A DNA stretch of 64,000 bases from a bacterium (GCA_037137535.1 JBAXKC010000004.1:1-64000); one strand, 5' to 3'; counted from the first letter of the stretch, positions 51,805-62,622 are shown. Program-made: numbers and translations. The notes: a model not told the origin generated them from the letters alone.

Positions 51805-54423
51805 TTAAAACTTTTTTAACTTTGCAAATTTAGCATCTAAAGGCTTTAAACCTAATTTACCAAAATCAATATTATACATAATGTCCGACCCAAACTCTAA
51901 AACCTCTTTAACAGAGCCTATTCCGTATTTTTCATGAAAAACTCTATCACCTGCGTTAAAAAGCTCAAGTTTTTCTTCTTTTTCAATAGTAGCAACATAT
52001 TGTTCTGCTTTTTGTTGAATACCAAGTTGAAGCTGAAGATTTTCCGTCAAATGAGGTTTAACTTCTTCTAAGGAAGCCGCTTTAGGCTGTGAAGGAAGTT
52101 CTTTTTTCTCCTGTATTTTTTGTGTTAATTTAACAGGCTCAGGAGTTTTTTGAACGAAACTACTTTTAACAACAGGCTTTACAGGAGTTGGAGGTTTAAA
52201 GGCAGGGAGCTTATTAGTTGAACTAATAGGGGAATTAATATTATTTGAAGGTGCTTTATTCGCGGATTTAGGAGGAACAAAACTTTTTCCAAACCCTGAC
52301 GATGAAGGTAATTTTTCATAAGACGATGACAAAGGTTTGAAGCCACCACCAAAAGAACCTGACGGCTCAACTTTTCCATAATTATTTTCATAAGCGGATT
52401 TATGCCCATAAGAAGAATTAGCTTGCTCATTATTACGTCTTGAAGTAGAACCTCTGCTCATATCAGCTTCAAAAAGATGCTCTGGAATTTCTTCTAAAAA
52501 TCTACTCTTAGTGTAATATTTGTAATCACCATAAATAAGTCTTCTCTTTGCGTTAGTCATATAAAGAAGGTCTTCAGCTCTTGTTATACCTACATACATC
52601 AAGCGTCTTTCTTCTTCCATTTCATTTGTATCGTTTAATGAACGGGAATGAGGGAATATTCCTTCTTCAAGACCTGCTAAAAAGACAGCAGGAAATTCAA
52701 GACCTTTTGCCGCATGAAGTGTCATAAGAGTAACGCTTTCTTTTTCTTCTTCGAGCTGGTCAATATCGCTTACAAGAGCAACTTGAGAAAGAAACTCACC
52801 AAGATCATTACCGTTTTCTGTCTGTTCAAAGTTTCTGGCAACACTTACAAATTCCTGCAAGTTTTCAATTCTGCTTTCGGCTTCGTCTGTACCTTCTTCT
52901 TTCAGTTCATTAATATAACCTGTCGATTCAATTAAAGAAGCAATAAATTCGCTTAAACGCATTGTATTAAGTTTTTCTCTATATCCTGCAATTATTTTTG
53001 CAAAATCTTTTAATGCCTTTACTGTTTTTGCAGAGAAATTTTCTTCTTCCTCAATATTTTCAACAATGGAAAAAACGGTAGATTTCTTTGCTTTTGCTTT
53101 TTCATCAAGTTTTTTGATAGTTGTAGCACCGATAGAGCGTGCCGGAACATTAATTATTCTTTTTAAACTCTGTGAATCATTGGTGTTATATATTAATTTA
53201 AGATAAGAAACAATATCTTTAATTTCTTTTCGCTCATAGAACTTCATCCCACCAACCATAGTATAAGGAATACTTTTGGACATGAACGCTTCTTCTATAA
53301 CACGACTTTGTGCGTTTGTTCTGTATAATACGACACAATCCTTGTATTTATAGCCGTTTACAAGCAAATCTCTTATTTTACCTACAAGATAATATGCTTC
53401 TTCCTGTTCGTCATTAGCTTCAAAATAGCGTATGCTCTTACCTTTACCCTTATTTGAAACAAGCTTTTTATCAATCCTTTGGCTGTTATTTTGAATAACA
53501 TAATTCGCAGCCTGAAGAATTGTATCGGTAGAACGGTAATTTTGCTCAAGTTTAATAATGTCGGAAGTAGGATAATCTCTCTGAAAATTAAGAATAATCT
53601 TATAATCAGCACCACGCCAGCTGTAAATAGATTGGTCGACATCACCTACTACGCATAAACTTCTTTTTTTGAAGTCAGGCTTTTCATTTCCACCTGAAAA
53701 TAAACTTGAAATAAGTCTGTATTGCGCAAGGTTAGTATCCTGATACTCGTCAACCAGTATATGTTTAAATCTGTTATGATATTTCTGCAAAACTTCCGGA
53801 CATTTAGTAAGCAAATTTACAGACATTAAAAGTAAATCATCAAAATCTAAAGCGTTATTGGTTGATAACATTTGCTCATAGGTAATATAAAGCTTTGAAA
53901 TTATTTCAGCTCTATAGTCTTTAGCTTTTGTAGCATAAGTAAAGGCATTCTGCATTTTATTTTTTGCCATACTTATAGCCGCTTGAACCATTTTAGGCTG
54001 ATAAACCTTCTCATCGAGATTATCAGCTTTTATTGCCTGTTTAATAAGACTTGAACTGTCATTTGAGTCAAAAATAACAAAGTTTTTTTGCCATGTCTGA
54101 CCATCTTCATTTTTATAATTTTCTATATCATATCTTAAAATACGCCCGCAAATATTGTGAAACGTACCTACCCAAAGATTTTTAACTATATCTTCACCTA
54201 AAATAGCGGTAAGACGAGATTTCATTTCTTTTGCAGCTTTATTGGTAAAGGTTACCGCCAAAATTTCATGCGGATTAACGCCCTTTTTAATTAAATAAGC
54301 GATTCTACTTGTTAATACTTTTGTTTTTCCGCTTCCTGCACCTGCAAGAACCAGCAAAGCACCTTCATCATGAGCTACTGCTTCTTTTTGTTGGGGATTT
54401 AACCCGTTTATAATCTCTTCCAT
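51805..54423 (-). CDS. pcrA: ATP-dependent DNA helicase PcrA/UvrD
   Basis: AGAGSGKT, TFTNKAA, DEYQD, QSIYSWRGA, NYRS, HAAKGLEF, YVGITRA; C-terminal Tudor (VFHEKYG.G). Confidence 0.95.
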   Translation of the reverse strand: MEEIINGLNPQQKEAVAHDEGALLVLAGAGSGKTKVLTSRIAYLIKKGVNPHEILAVTFTNKAAKEMKSRLTAILGEDIVKNLWVGTFHNICGRILRYDIENYKNEDGQTWQKNFVIFDSNDSSSLIKQAIKADNLDEKVYQPKMVQAAISMAKNKMQNAFTYATKAKDYRAEIISKLYITYEQMLSTNNALDFDDLLLMSVNLLTKCPEVLQKYHNRFKHILVDEYQDTNLAQYRLISSLFSGGNEKPDFKKRSLCVVGDVDQSIYSWRGADYKIILNFQRDYPTSDIIKLEQNYRSTDTILQAANYVIQNNSQRIDKKLVSNKGKGKSIRYFEANDEQEEAYYLVGKIRDLLVNGYKYKDCVVLYRTNAQSRVIEEAFMSKSIPYTMVGGMKFYERKEIKDIVSYLKLIYNTNDSQSLKRIINVPARSIGATTIKKLDEKAKAKKSTVFSIVENIEEEENFSAKTVKALKDFAKIIAGYREKLNTMRLSEFIASLIESTGYINELKEEGTDEAESRIENLQEFVSVARNFEQTENGNDLGEFLSQVALVSDIDQLEEEKESVTLMTLHAAKGLEFPAVFLAGLEEGIFPHSRSLNDTNEMEEERRLMYVGITRAEDLLYMTNAKRRLIYGDYKYYTKSRFLEEIPEHLFEADMSRGSTSRRNNEQANSSYGHKSAYENNYGKVEPSGSFGGGFKPLSSSYEKLPSSSGFGKSFVPPKSANKAPSNNINSPISSTNKLPAFKPPTPVKPVVKSSFVQKTPEPVKLTQKIQEKKELPSQPKAASLEEVKPHLTENLQLQLGIQQKAEQYVATIEKEEKLELFNAGDRVFHEKYGIGSVKEVLEFGSDIMYNIDFGKLGLKPLDAKFAKLKKF

Positions 54424-54751
54424 TCATCCTACCTGATTTATATTTAAAGAATTAGGTCTATTATAAAACAGACATGCTGATATTTTTTTTAATTATATAT
54501 TTTATTAACTTAAAAAACAGAAGTCATAAATATAATAGAATTCAGCTAATACGAAGTAAACAAAGAATTAATCAAAGAAAATAGATGCTAAATATAAAAC
54601 TATTTTTCACTTACATTATGCAATATTTGAAAATATTTGTTTTTAATGGTTAAATAGTAGCTGTTCAATTAAGTTTTTTTCTTATAGAATAAATCTACTG
54701 AATTTTTATTGATTCCTTGTCTTGTAAGTAGTAAAAAATGAAGGATTAGCG

Positions 54752-55306
54752 ATGTCTGATAACAAAGAACATAAAACAATAATGGTACCTTTAGATGACT
54801 TAGACAGTCCTGATGACTCTGGTGATACTGTTGATCAATTAGCTCTTGAGCTTGCAACAATTCAACAGACTGCAAAAAAAATTGCGATGATCGGTAGCAG
54901 AAACCTTCCGATTACTCATCAGCAAATTATTGAAACACTATCATTTGCACTTGCAGTTCAAGGAAATCTTGTAATAACCAGCGGCGGTTCAAGTGGTACT
55001 AACGCAGCGGCAATCAGAGGAGCAATGAAGGCAGATCCTTCAAAACTTAAAGTTATTCTTCCTCAAACAATCGGTCAACAGCCATCTGATGTTCAAGACC
55101 AATTAATTGGTATTCCTAATATTGTCGAACATCCTGACAGAGCTATGATGACTCTTGCAGATGCAAGCCGTATCTGTAACAGAGAAATCATTGACGATTG
55201 CCAGCAACTAATCTGCTTCTTATCACACACCAGCGGAACTTTACATAAAGCTATCGCTTACGCTGAAGATACTCATAAAGTAGTTACCGTATTCTACTTA
55301 GATTAG
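54752..55306 (+). CDS. SLOG/DprA-like Rossmann protein of the cyanobacterial type
   Basis: ELA.IQQ..KKIA..GSR, TSGG..GTNAAAIRGA, CN.EI. Confidence 0.7.
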   Translation: MSDNKEHKTIMVPLDDLDSPDDSGDTVDQLALELATIQQTAKKIAMIGSRNLPITHQQIIETLSFALAVQGNLVITSGGSSGTNAAAIRGAMKADPSKLKVILPQTIGQQPSDVQDQLIGIPNIVEHPDRAMMTLADASRICNREIIDDCQQLICFLSHTSGTLHKAIAYAEDTHKVVTVFYLD

Positions 55307-55334
55307 TTTGATTTATAATTAATAATAATTCTAT

Positions 55335-55362
55335 AATAGTGTAGTTATTTAGCTACACTATT
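55335..55362 (+). terminator. Hairpin/terminator between the SLOG gene and metX
   Basis: AATAGTGTAG-N8-CTACACTATT. Confidence 0.55.
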
Positions 55363-55402
55363 TAGTACATAAAAACAAAATTAACAATAAAGGCAAAATT
55401 AA

Positions 55403-56569
55403 ATGGAAACAAAAGAAATTTGTACTGAGATTGACTTATCAAAAAGTATTGGGATTGTAGAAACAAAATATTTTACCTATGAAGGCAAAATTAAATTTGA
55501 AAGCGGAGTTGAATTCGGGCCTATTACTATTGCCTATGAAACTTACGGAGAATTAAACAGCGAACGAAATAACACTATCATGGTATTTCACGCACTATCA
55601 GGAGACGCCCACGCAGCAGGTTATTATGAAGAAGATAAAAAACCGGGTTGGTGGGATGACATGATAGGCCCCGGGAAAGCCTTTGATACAAACAAATATT
55701 TTGTAATCTGTTCAAACTTTTTAGGTGGATGCAAAGGAACAACAGGTCCTTCTTCCATTAATCCCGAAACAGGAAAACCTTACGGAACAGACTTTCCAAT
55801 GATTACCATCGGAGATATGGTAAAATGCCAGAAAAAACTTATTGAATACTTAGAAATTCCTTCAATATTATGTGTTGCAGGTGGTTCGATGGGTGGAATG
55901 CAAGCTATGGAATGGACTGCAACCTATCCTGATATGGTTAAATCAACAATTGTAATTGCTTCAACCAGTCGACTGTCTACTCAAAGCATAGCCTTTAATG
56001 AAGTAGGAAGAAACGCAATTATTTCAGACCCAGAATGGAATAACGGAAACTATTATGAAAACACCGTACCCTCAAGGGGGCTGTCAATAGCAAGGATGAT
56101 CGGACATATTACCTATTTAAGCCAAGAATCAATGCACGAAAAATTTGGAAGAAGACTTCAAGATAAAACCCATTTAGACTTTAGTTTTGATATAGATTTT
56201 CAAGTGGAAAGCTATTTAAGACACCAAGGGAAAACCTTTGTTCAAAGGTTTGATGCTAATAGCTATCTCTATATCACAAGAGCTATGGACTATTTTGACC
56301 TTCAAGCAAAATATGGAAGTCTTGCAAAAGCCTTTAACGAATCAAACTCAAAATTCTTAGTAATTTCTTATACGTCTGACTGGTTATTCACTCCAAATCA
56401 ATCTAAAGAAATTGTAAGTGCTTTAATGAATGCGGATAAAGAAGTTTCTTATGTAAATATTGACTCTCCATACGGACATGATGCATTTTTACTTGAAGAA
56501 AAAGTTCAAACAAAGATAATTAACGGTTTTTTAAATGATATTTCATCAAAAATATTATCCGAAGTTTAG
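55403..56569 (+). CDS. metX: Homoserine O-acetyltransferase
   Basis: [42 protein letters not shown]. Confidence 0.95.
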   Translation: METKEICTEIDLSKSIGIVETKYFTYEGKIKFESGVEFGPITIAYETYGELNSERNNTIMVFHALSGDAHAAGYYEEDKKPGWWDDMIGPGKAFDTNKYFVICSNFLGGCKGTTGPSSINPETGKPYGTDFPMITIGDMVKCQKKLIEYLEIPSILCVAGGSMGGMQAMEWTATYPDMVKSTIVIASTSRLSTQSIAFNEVGRNAIISDPEWNNGNYYENTVPSRGLSIARMIGHITYLSQESMHEKFGRRLQDKTHLDFSFDIDFQVESYLRHQGKTFVQRFDANSYLYITRAMDYFDLQAKYGSLAKAFNESNSKFLVISYTSDWLFTPNQSKEIVSALMNADKEVSYVNIDSPYGHDAFLLEEKVQTKIINGFLNDISSKILSEV

Positions 56570-56580
56570 GCGGTAAGAAA

Positions 56581-57219
56581 ATGAAAAAGAAAAAAATCAG
56601 CGAACATTACTTAAAATCTAAAGGCTTACATCTAAATTATTCTATAATTTCAGACCTCATCGAAAAAAATGCAAAAGTTTTAGATTTGGGTTGCGGCTCA
56701 GGCGAGCTTTTAAAACTCTTAAAAGAAAAGAAAAACATTTCGGGAAGAGGCATTGAGATTGATCAAGATAATGTAATTTCCTGCATAGAAAAAGGAATTT
56801 CAGTATTTCAGGGCGATCTTGACGAAGGATTAGCCGAATATGAAGAAAAAGCCTATGATTATGTAGTTTTAAGCCAGACATTACAATGGACGAAAAAACC
56901 TGATTATGTAATAGATGAAATGCTCAGAGTAGGGAAAAAAGGCGTTATAAGTTTTCCTAACTTTGCATACTGGCGAGTACGATGTCAGCTGTTTTTCGGA
57001 GGATTTATGCCAAAATCTAAAATGCTTCCGTTTGAATGGTTTAATACTCCAAACATTCACCTTTTAACAATTAATGATTTTAGAAAATTCTGCAAAGAAA
57101 GAAATATTAAAATTATTGATGAAAGCTATACAACCCGTGCTTGCGTAAGAAACGGATTTTTCCATAAATTATTGTCAAATATATTTGCAGAAGAGGTAAT
57201 ATTCATTGTTACAAGATAA
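56581..57219 (+). CDS. metW: Methionine biosynthesis protein MetW
   Basis: VLDLGCG.G, LSQTLQ, SFPNF..W, W..TPNIH; follows metX. Confidence 0.92.
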   Translation: MKKKKISEHYLKSKGLHLNYSIISDLIEKNAKVLDLGCGSGELLKLLKEKKNISGRGIEIDQDNVISCIEKGISVFQGDLDEGLAEYEEKAYDYVVLSQTLQWTKKPDYVIDEMLRVGKKGVISFPNFAYWRVRCQLFFGGFMPKSKMLPFEWFNTPNIHLLTINDFRKFCKERNIKIIDESYTTRACVRNGFFHKLLSNIFAEEVIFIVTR

Positions 57220-58648
57220 TAAAATAGAAATAAACAATGCTATAACAAGCATAGAAGAAGATGATGACACACAATTCAGTAAATCTCTAGGGATTTTTGA
57301 TGCAGTTGCAATTATTTCAGGCTCAATGATAGGCTCAGGTATTTTTATAGTATCTGCTGAAACTTTAAGACAGATACAATCACCTGTTCTATTACTCATT
57401 ATATGGGCTATTACAGGAATTATGAGTATAGCAGGCGGTCTTTGCTTTGGTGAGCTTGCAGTCAGATTCCCTGAAGCGGGAGGACAATATGTTTACCTTA
57501 AAAAAGCGTGGGGTAATCTTGTCGGTTTCCTTTACGGATGGACTTTTTTCCTCGTAATAGAATCAGGAGCAATAGCGGCTGTTTCTGTTGCTTTTGCCAA
57601 ATTCATAGGAAGAGTTCTACCTTTTATTTCAACTAAACACTATTTATTACATTCAAACATTATAAATATTTCATATGTCCAAGTGCTGGCAATAGCCTTA
57701 ATCTTCTTGATTACCTACATCAACATGCAGGGGGTTCAATGGGGAGCTTTAGTTCAAAAAGTATTCACAAGTACAAAAATTGTAGCGTTGGTTGCAATTC
57801 TTATTTGCGGATTGACATTAGGGCTGAACATGGACGTTATAAGACATAACTTTTTAGAAATCCCTACTTTTCCAACATTCCACATGAATATTTTCTCTGC
57901 AGTAGCAGCAGCACTTGTCGGAGCATTATTTGCGGCTGATTCTTGGAATAGCGGAACTTTCGTAGCAGCAGAAATGAAAGAGCCGACTAAAGACCTTCCT
58001 AAAGCATTATTTTGGGGCATTTTAGCGGTAGTTAGCCTTTATTTCCTCACCAATGTAATCTATTTATCAGTTTTAAACGTTGAACAAATAAAAACAGCGG
58101 CTGAAGATATAGTTGGCATAGCCCTTATGAAACAAATCTTAGGCACACCGGGAATTATTGCAACAGCAATTGTAATAGCCATTTCAGCTTTCGGAGCCGT
58201 AAACGGAATGGTTTTAACAGGCGCAAGAGTTTATTATGCAATGGCAAAAGACGGTTTATTTTTTAAAGGAATGGCAAAGCTAAATCACAAAACAGCCGTT
58301 CCACAAAATGCAATCATTGCTCAATGCATATGGGCAAGCTTTTTAACATTAAGCGGAAGTTTCTCACAATTACTTGATTATGTAATATTTGCAGCCTTAT
58401 TCTTCTATATTCTTACAGTTGGCGGCTTATTTATAATCAGAAAAAAAGACAGCGAACCGTTTGATTATAAAGGCTCTTTCTATCCGTTCTTACCTGCATT
58501 ATATTGCACATTAGCAGGATTTACGGCTGTAAACCTTTTAATATATAAGACAGAGTATTCTTTATACGGTTTATTGATTATATTAAGCGGAGTACCGATT
58601 TATTTCTTCTGGAGATACAAGAATCGTAAGAAACTTAGCACTAAATAG
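57206..58648 (+). CDS. APC-family amino acid permease (LAT/SteT-like)
   Basis: IGSGIF, ELA..FP.AGG.Y.YL, E.K.P...LP, RV.YAMA.DG; about 12 TMs. Confidence 0.9.
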   Translation: MLQDNKIEINNAITSIEEDDDTQFSKSLGIFDAVAIISGSMIGSGIFIVSAETLRQIQSPVLLLIIWAITGIMSIAGGLCFGELAVRFPEAGGQYVYLKKAWGNLVGFLYGWTFFLVIESGAIAAVSVAFAKFIGRVLPFISTKHYLLHSNIINISYVQVLAIALIFLITYINMQGVQWGALVQKVFTSTKIVALVAILICGLTLGLNMDVIRHNFLEIPTFPTFHMNIFSAVAAALVGALFAADSWNSGTFVAAEMKEPTKDLPKALFWGILAVVSLYFLTNVIYLSVLNVEQIKTAAEDIVGIALMKQILGTPGIIATAIVIAISAFGAVNGMVLTGARVYYAMAKDGLFFKGMAKLNHKTAVPQNAIIAQCIWASFLTLSGSFSQLLDYVIFAALFFYILTVGGLFIIRKKDSEPFDYKGSFYPFLPALYCTLAGFTAVNLLIYKTEYSLYGLLIILSGVPIYFFWRYKNRKKLSTK

Positions 58649-58704
58649 AAATTTAGATTAACTTTTGTAACAATAATTAGTTTTCTAACATTAAAAAGAC
58701 AAAC

Positions 58705-58755
58705 GAACTCCCCCGAAATTGTTTATATACATGAGCATTAAACAAGGGGGAGTTC
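58705..58755 (+). promoter_or_regulatory. RBS-sequestering 5' UTR hairpin
   Basis: GAACTCCCCC pairs with GGGGGAGTTC, which abuts the ATG; inner TTGTTTA/TAAACAA stem. Confidence 0.65.
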
Positions 58756-59454
58756 ATGTATAATACATTAAAAAAGATTTCTGAATTTATATCAGGGAAA
58801 AAACTAAAAGCTAACAAACCTCTTTCAAAAAAAGCCGTTTCTTTCCTTCAATCAAATGAAAACTTACAATTGAACAGCAAAGAAAAACTTAAAATAGATA
58901 AAGTAAGTTTTGATGCAAAAAAAATACTTAAAAATTTCATCAAAAAACCGAATGAACTGCTAAAATTCATTGAAAGCAAAGGAACTATTGTCATACAGGC
59001 AAAAGGCATTGAAAAAATGTTCCGTCTTATAGGCCATGAAGAAGGGTTTATTTATCCACTTACAGGCTCTAAGGCTTTAACTCTTTCAATTGCAATTAAT
59101 ATACTTGCACCAGGGAAAATCAAAATCTCAAACAAAACACCACTTATGTTTGTAGCAAGAAAAGGGCCTTTAAGCGTGTATAGCCTTGCACATCAATTCT
59201 ATCACTGGGTTTCTTATGTTAAAGGACTACCAGGCTATGAAGAAGAAACCATCTCTAACTTTAAAAACATCTGGAGCACTGAATTTAACGCACAAACCGC
59301 ACCGCTTATGAATGTTGACGAAATCCTTGCCCTTAAAGAGGCAATATCAAGAGATATGGAAGCAATACAATTCGTTAAAGAAATTTCAAGAGAATTCATC
59401 GGCTCAAAAAAATCTCTTGATAAGCTAAAACAGGGTGAAACGCTTAATATATAG
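58756..59454 (+). CDS. Hypothetical protein
   Basis: 232-aa ORF; HQFYHW motif; strong RBS. Confidence 0.7.
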   Translation: MYNTLKKISEFISGKKLKANKPLSKKAVSFLQSNENLQLNSKEKLKIDKVSFDAKKILKNFIKKPNELLKFIESKGTIVIQAKGIEKMFRLIGHEEGFIYPLTGSKALTLSIAINILAPGKIKISNKTPLMFVARKGPLSVYSLAHQFYHWVSYVKGLPGYEEETISNFKNIWSTEFNAQTAPLMNVDEILALKEAISRDMEAIQFVKEISREFIGSKKSLDKLKQGETLNI

Positions 59455-59463
59455 AGATAAATA
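59382..59463 (+). repeat. 82-bp direct repeat, left copy (3' end of the 58756..59454 gene)
   Basis: 78/82 identical to 60560-60641; the last 62 bp are identical. Confidence 0.92.
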
Positions 59464-59505
59464 AAACTTTTAACTATAAAGCAAAAGATATTCTATAAAT
59501 TATTT

Positions 59506-59527
59506 CTATGCAATTATAATTGCATAG
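59506..59527. promoter_or_regulatory. Perfect 22-bp palindrome (operator-like)
   Basis: CTATGCAATTA|TAATTGCATAG. Confidence 0.5.
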
Positions 59528-59592
59528 TTTTTAATTTCACAATGATTCAATAAATTTAAAAATCAATATATTAAAGGTAATAAATCAGATAA

Positions 59593-60543
59593 ATGGATAG
59601 CAAAATCACTTCAACTCAAAATTCATATCAATTGTTAATGCAAAATCATTTGCAAGCTAATAGCTGTAAAAAAGCATCAAATGATTTAGCTAAATCTGTA
59701 ACCATTTTAAATAATCCTGCCAATCCGACTACTGAAGTTATTAAATCCTCAACTAAAAAAGAAACCGATATAAAAACAGAGCAACGTGATAAAAGCAATA
59801 AAAAGCTACTTATAGGAGCTACTGTTTTAGTACTTACAGGAATAAATTTAGCTATATTTCATAAACAAATAAAAGCTAAATTTAATGAATTAATTGAAAA
59901 TTTTGGATTTATTCAAAAAAATGAAAAAAGCAACATACCTCAAATTATAAATAATTACGCAGATAATTCAGATAAGGCTGTTGGCGAAGCAAAGGAGATT
60001 ATTGAAGAAAATTCTCTTCTTAATGAAGTTGATAATAACTTAGGGCATTCTAAAGAGGTTATTGAACAAAATACAAAAGAGATTTTAACTCCTCAAGTAC
60101 AGAGTTTTATAAATAATTGGAAAAAAGGTGAAGAATCAATTAAAAAATATATAGAAAGTTTAAAAGACAATGAAAAAACTTATCAACGCAATATGCCCCA
60201 CCATAAAAATTTGTCAGAAACTGATTTTAATAATTTATTTGACGAAAAAATTTGGCCCGATAAAAAAATTACTAAAATAAATACTCTAAAAACTTCTATC
60301 AAAAACAACTTAACTGATTGTCAAAAAAATGGTAACACAAGTGGAAGTTTTGGAATTGTAGGATTTACCAGTCCTCTTATAGAAGATTATTTAGCTTTTG
60401 CACAAAAAATTGCCAATGAACAAGGTTTTGAAATTATCAACATAAGAAAATCTACAATAGATGCCGTTGTATATGACTTAAAACCTTTAAATTTAAGTCA
60501 AGAGGAATTATTAAAAGCAATCCAGACTGCTAAAAATACATAG
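59593..60543 (+). CDS. Hypothetical protein with a single hydrophobic segment
   Basis: 316 aa; low-complexity N-terminus, KKLLIGATVLVLTGINLAIF segment. Confidence 0.65.
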   Translation: MDSKITSTQNSYQLLMQNHLQANSCKKASNDLAKSVTILNNPANPTTEVIKSSTKKETDIKTEQRDKSNKKLLIGATVLVLTGINLAIFHKQIKAKFNELIENFGFIQKNEKSNIPQIINNYADNSDKAVGEAKEIIEENSLLNEVDNNLGHSKEVIEQNTKEILTPQVQSFINNWKKGEESIKKYIESLKDNEKTYQRNMPHHKNLSETDFNNLFDEKIWPDKKITKINTLKTSIKNNLTDCQKNGNTSGSFGIVGFTSPLIEDYLAFAQKIANEQGFEIINIRKSTIDAVVYDLKPLNLSQEELLKAIQTAKNT

Positions 60544-60559
60544 AACAGCCTTAATTATG

Positions 60560-60641
60560 AATCTCAATAGAGTTCATCAGCTCAAAAAAATCTCTTGATA
60601 AGCTAAAACAGGGTGAAACGCTTAATATATAGAGATAAATA
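60560..60641 (+). repeat. 82-bp direct repeat, right copy
   Basis: See 59382-59463; offset 1178 bp. Confidence 0.92.
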
Positions 60642-60909
60642 CTTGTAAACATCATAACTATAAATTAATATATATTTAAATGAAAAAATATTCGGCAAAT
60701 GATTCATATAGTAATCATCTTTAATTTTTTAAAAAATAAAAGACGAAAGTATTAACAATGAATTCTTATCTGCTATTTGTATAATAAAAATATTTTACAG
60801 AGAGAACAAAAAATGTTGTCATCTTGTTAAATCAACCCAAAGATACAAGAAATTACAGGCTTAATACTTCTATCTAAATTTTAATATTAGAAAGAGATTA
60901 TTTAATAAG

Positions 60910-62622
60910 ATGCAAATCGATAAAGAAAAAAGAAATCCTTCAAAAAATTATATCTCAACATTTTTTTGGTTAGGTATAATTTTATTTTTTATTATAATAA
61001 TTTGTTCTTTCCTCCCTCCTACAAAATATTTTGTGCGTTATGATAACATCATTACTATAATCATGGTCGCAATCACAACTGCAATCATAACTTTTAATAA
61101 TGACAATAGCTTTTCAATACGTCAATGCTTTATATTATCAGGAATTTACACTTTATCTGTTTGCCTGGCAGAAGGAATTGCCTCTTTAGCTTTAGCTATA
61201 CTTTGTATTATAAGCATAATAGGTCTTATCGTCCTTGGCTTTTATTTGACTTATAGACAAGATATAATTACAGATTTTCTTACTTCTGCATTTTCCAGAT
61301 TTATTTATGCTTTTTCAACAATCTGGATTACAAACCAATTATGTTTAATGATTAAAGAATTATCAAGCTCAATTAACAAAATTCAAATTAAGCAACTTGC
61401 ATTTAAAGCAATTATTTTTGTTCTAACAGGTTTTTCTTCAATACTTATTTGCAACTTTATAGATTCAATTGCCCATAATTATATAACTGACTCTATTTTT
61501 AGTATTAGCTCAAATACAAAAATTATTGCGACTAAAACAGGTAATATTTTTCTTTCGAATGAGCCTAGTATTTATAATACTTATGAAAGAAGATTAACTA
61601 ATATTGGTAAGTCTTTAAAACATTATGGGTCATTTACAATTCTGCCTGATAATAAAATTCTTTTTTCAGGCTGTAAAACTTTTGAACATGGAATAACAAC
61701 TAGCTTCAAAGAAGCTACTATATTTGATTTAAACAAATTAGAATTTAGACCTACTGGTAATATGAATATAGCTCAATGGGAATCTGCTACGGTCTTATTA
61801 CCAAATAACAATGTATTATTTATTGATAATAATGAAAATAATAAAAGAACGGAACTATATAATATTAAGACAGGTAAATTCACTTTTTCTGGAAATAACA
61901 TACTTCCTTTATCAAATCCACGTATCATCGTCTTAAATAAAAGAACAGCCTTTGTCTATGGTTATATGTACAACGTAGGCTATAAGGCAGAATTATATGA
62001 TATCAATTCAGGTAAATTTTATTTACCTAAAAACCCAAGCAAATCAGAAAGCTCCTTTACTCCTATAAAACTGAATAATGGTAAATTACTTATAATTGGA
62101 ACTTCCGGAGAAGACCAAAACCAAAAATATATTACTGAAATTTATAATCCAGCCTCAAATTCCTTCTCTCGAACAAATGGAAACTCTATTATTGATCGAG
62201 TTAAGCCTGATTTTGAATTATTAGCAGACGGAAAGATATTAATAATTGGTGGCGATAGAAATAGCTTAAATAAAGCTGAATTATTTGACCCAAAAACAGA
62301 AACATATACTGCTGCGGGGCAAATGTCTAAACGCACACAATCAGATTTTGGAGGATATTCCTCTATCACGTTGCCAAATAAAAAAATATTATTTATTGGT
62401 GGCAGTGAAGGAGTTGGAGAGGGAACAAATTATGTTAAAACTATAGAAATATATGACCCAAAAACAATGAAATTTAAAATAATTGGAAATATGAGAAAAC
62501 GCAGAGACAAGCCAGAATGTGTAATCAGTAACAATAAATTATACATTATTGGTGGAGAGAGAGATGAAAGACCAGATACAGGAATAACTGGAGAAGTTCT
62601 TGATTTGAACAAATTCAAATAA
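60910..62622 (+). CDS. Membrane protein with C-terminal Kelch/galactose-oxidase-type beta-propeller
   Basis: Multi-TM N-terminus; repeats such as LADGKILIIGG...AELFDP.T..Y...G.M. Confidence 0.8.
   Translation: MQIDKEKRNPSKNYISTFFWLGIILFFIIIICSFLPPTKYFVRYDNIITIIMVAITTAIITFNNDNSFSIRQCFILSGIYTLSVCLAEGIASLALAILCIISIIGLIVLGFYLTYRQDIITDFLTSAFSRFIYAFSTIWITNQLCLMIKELSSSINKIQIKQLAFKAIIFVLTGFSSILICNFIDSIAHNYITDSIFSISSNTKIIATKTGNIFLSNEPSIYNTYERRLTNIGKSLKHYGSFTILPDNKILFSGCKTFEHGITTSFKEATIFDLNKLEFRPTGNMNIAQWESATVLLPNNNVLFIDNNENNKRTELYNIKTGKFTFSGNNILPLSNPRIIVLNKRTAFVYGYMYNVGYKAELYDINSGKFYLPKNPSKSESSFTPIKLNNGKLLIIGTSGEDQNQKYITEIYNPASNSFSRTNGNSIIDRVKPDFELLADGKILIIGGDRNSLNKAELFDPKTETYTAAGQMSKRTQSDFGGYSSITLPNKKILFIGGSEGVGEGTNYVKTIEIYDPKTMKFKIIGNMRKRRDKPECVISNNKLYIIGGERDERPDTGITGEVLDLNKFK

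Noticed and set aside
55307-55402. SAM riboswitch or leader peptide upstream of metX
   Set aside because: The gap is under 100 nt and AT-rich, with a single hairpin and no S-box motifs or uORF.
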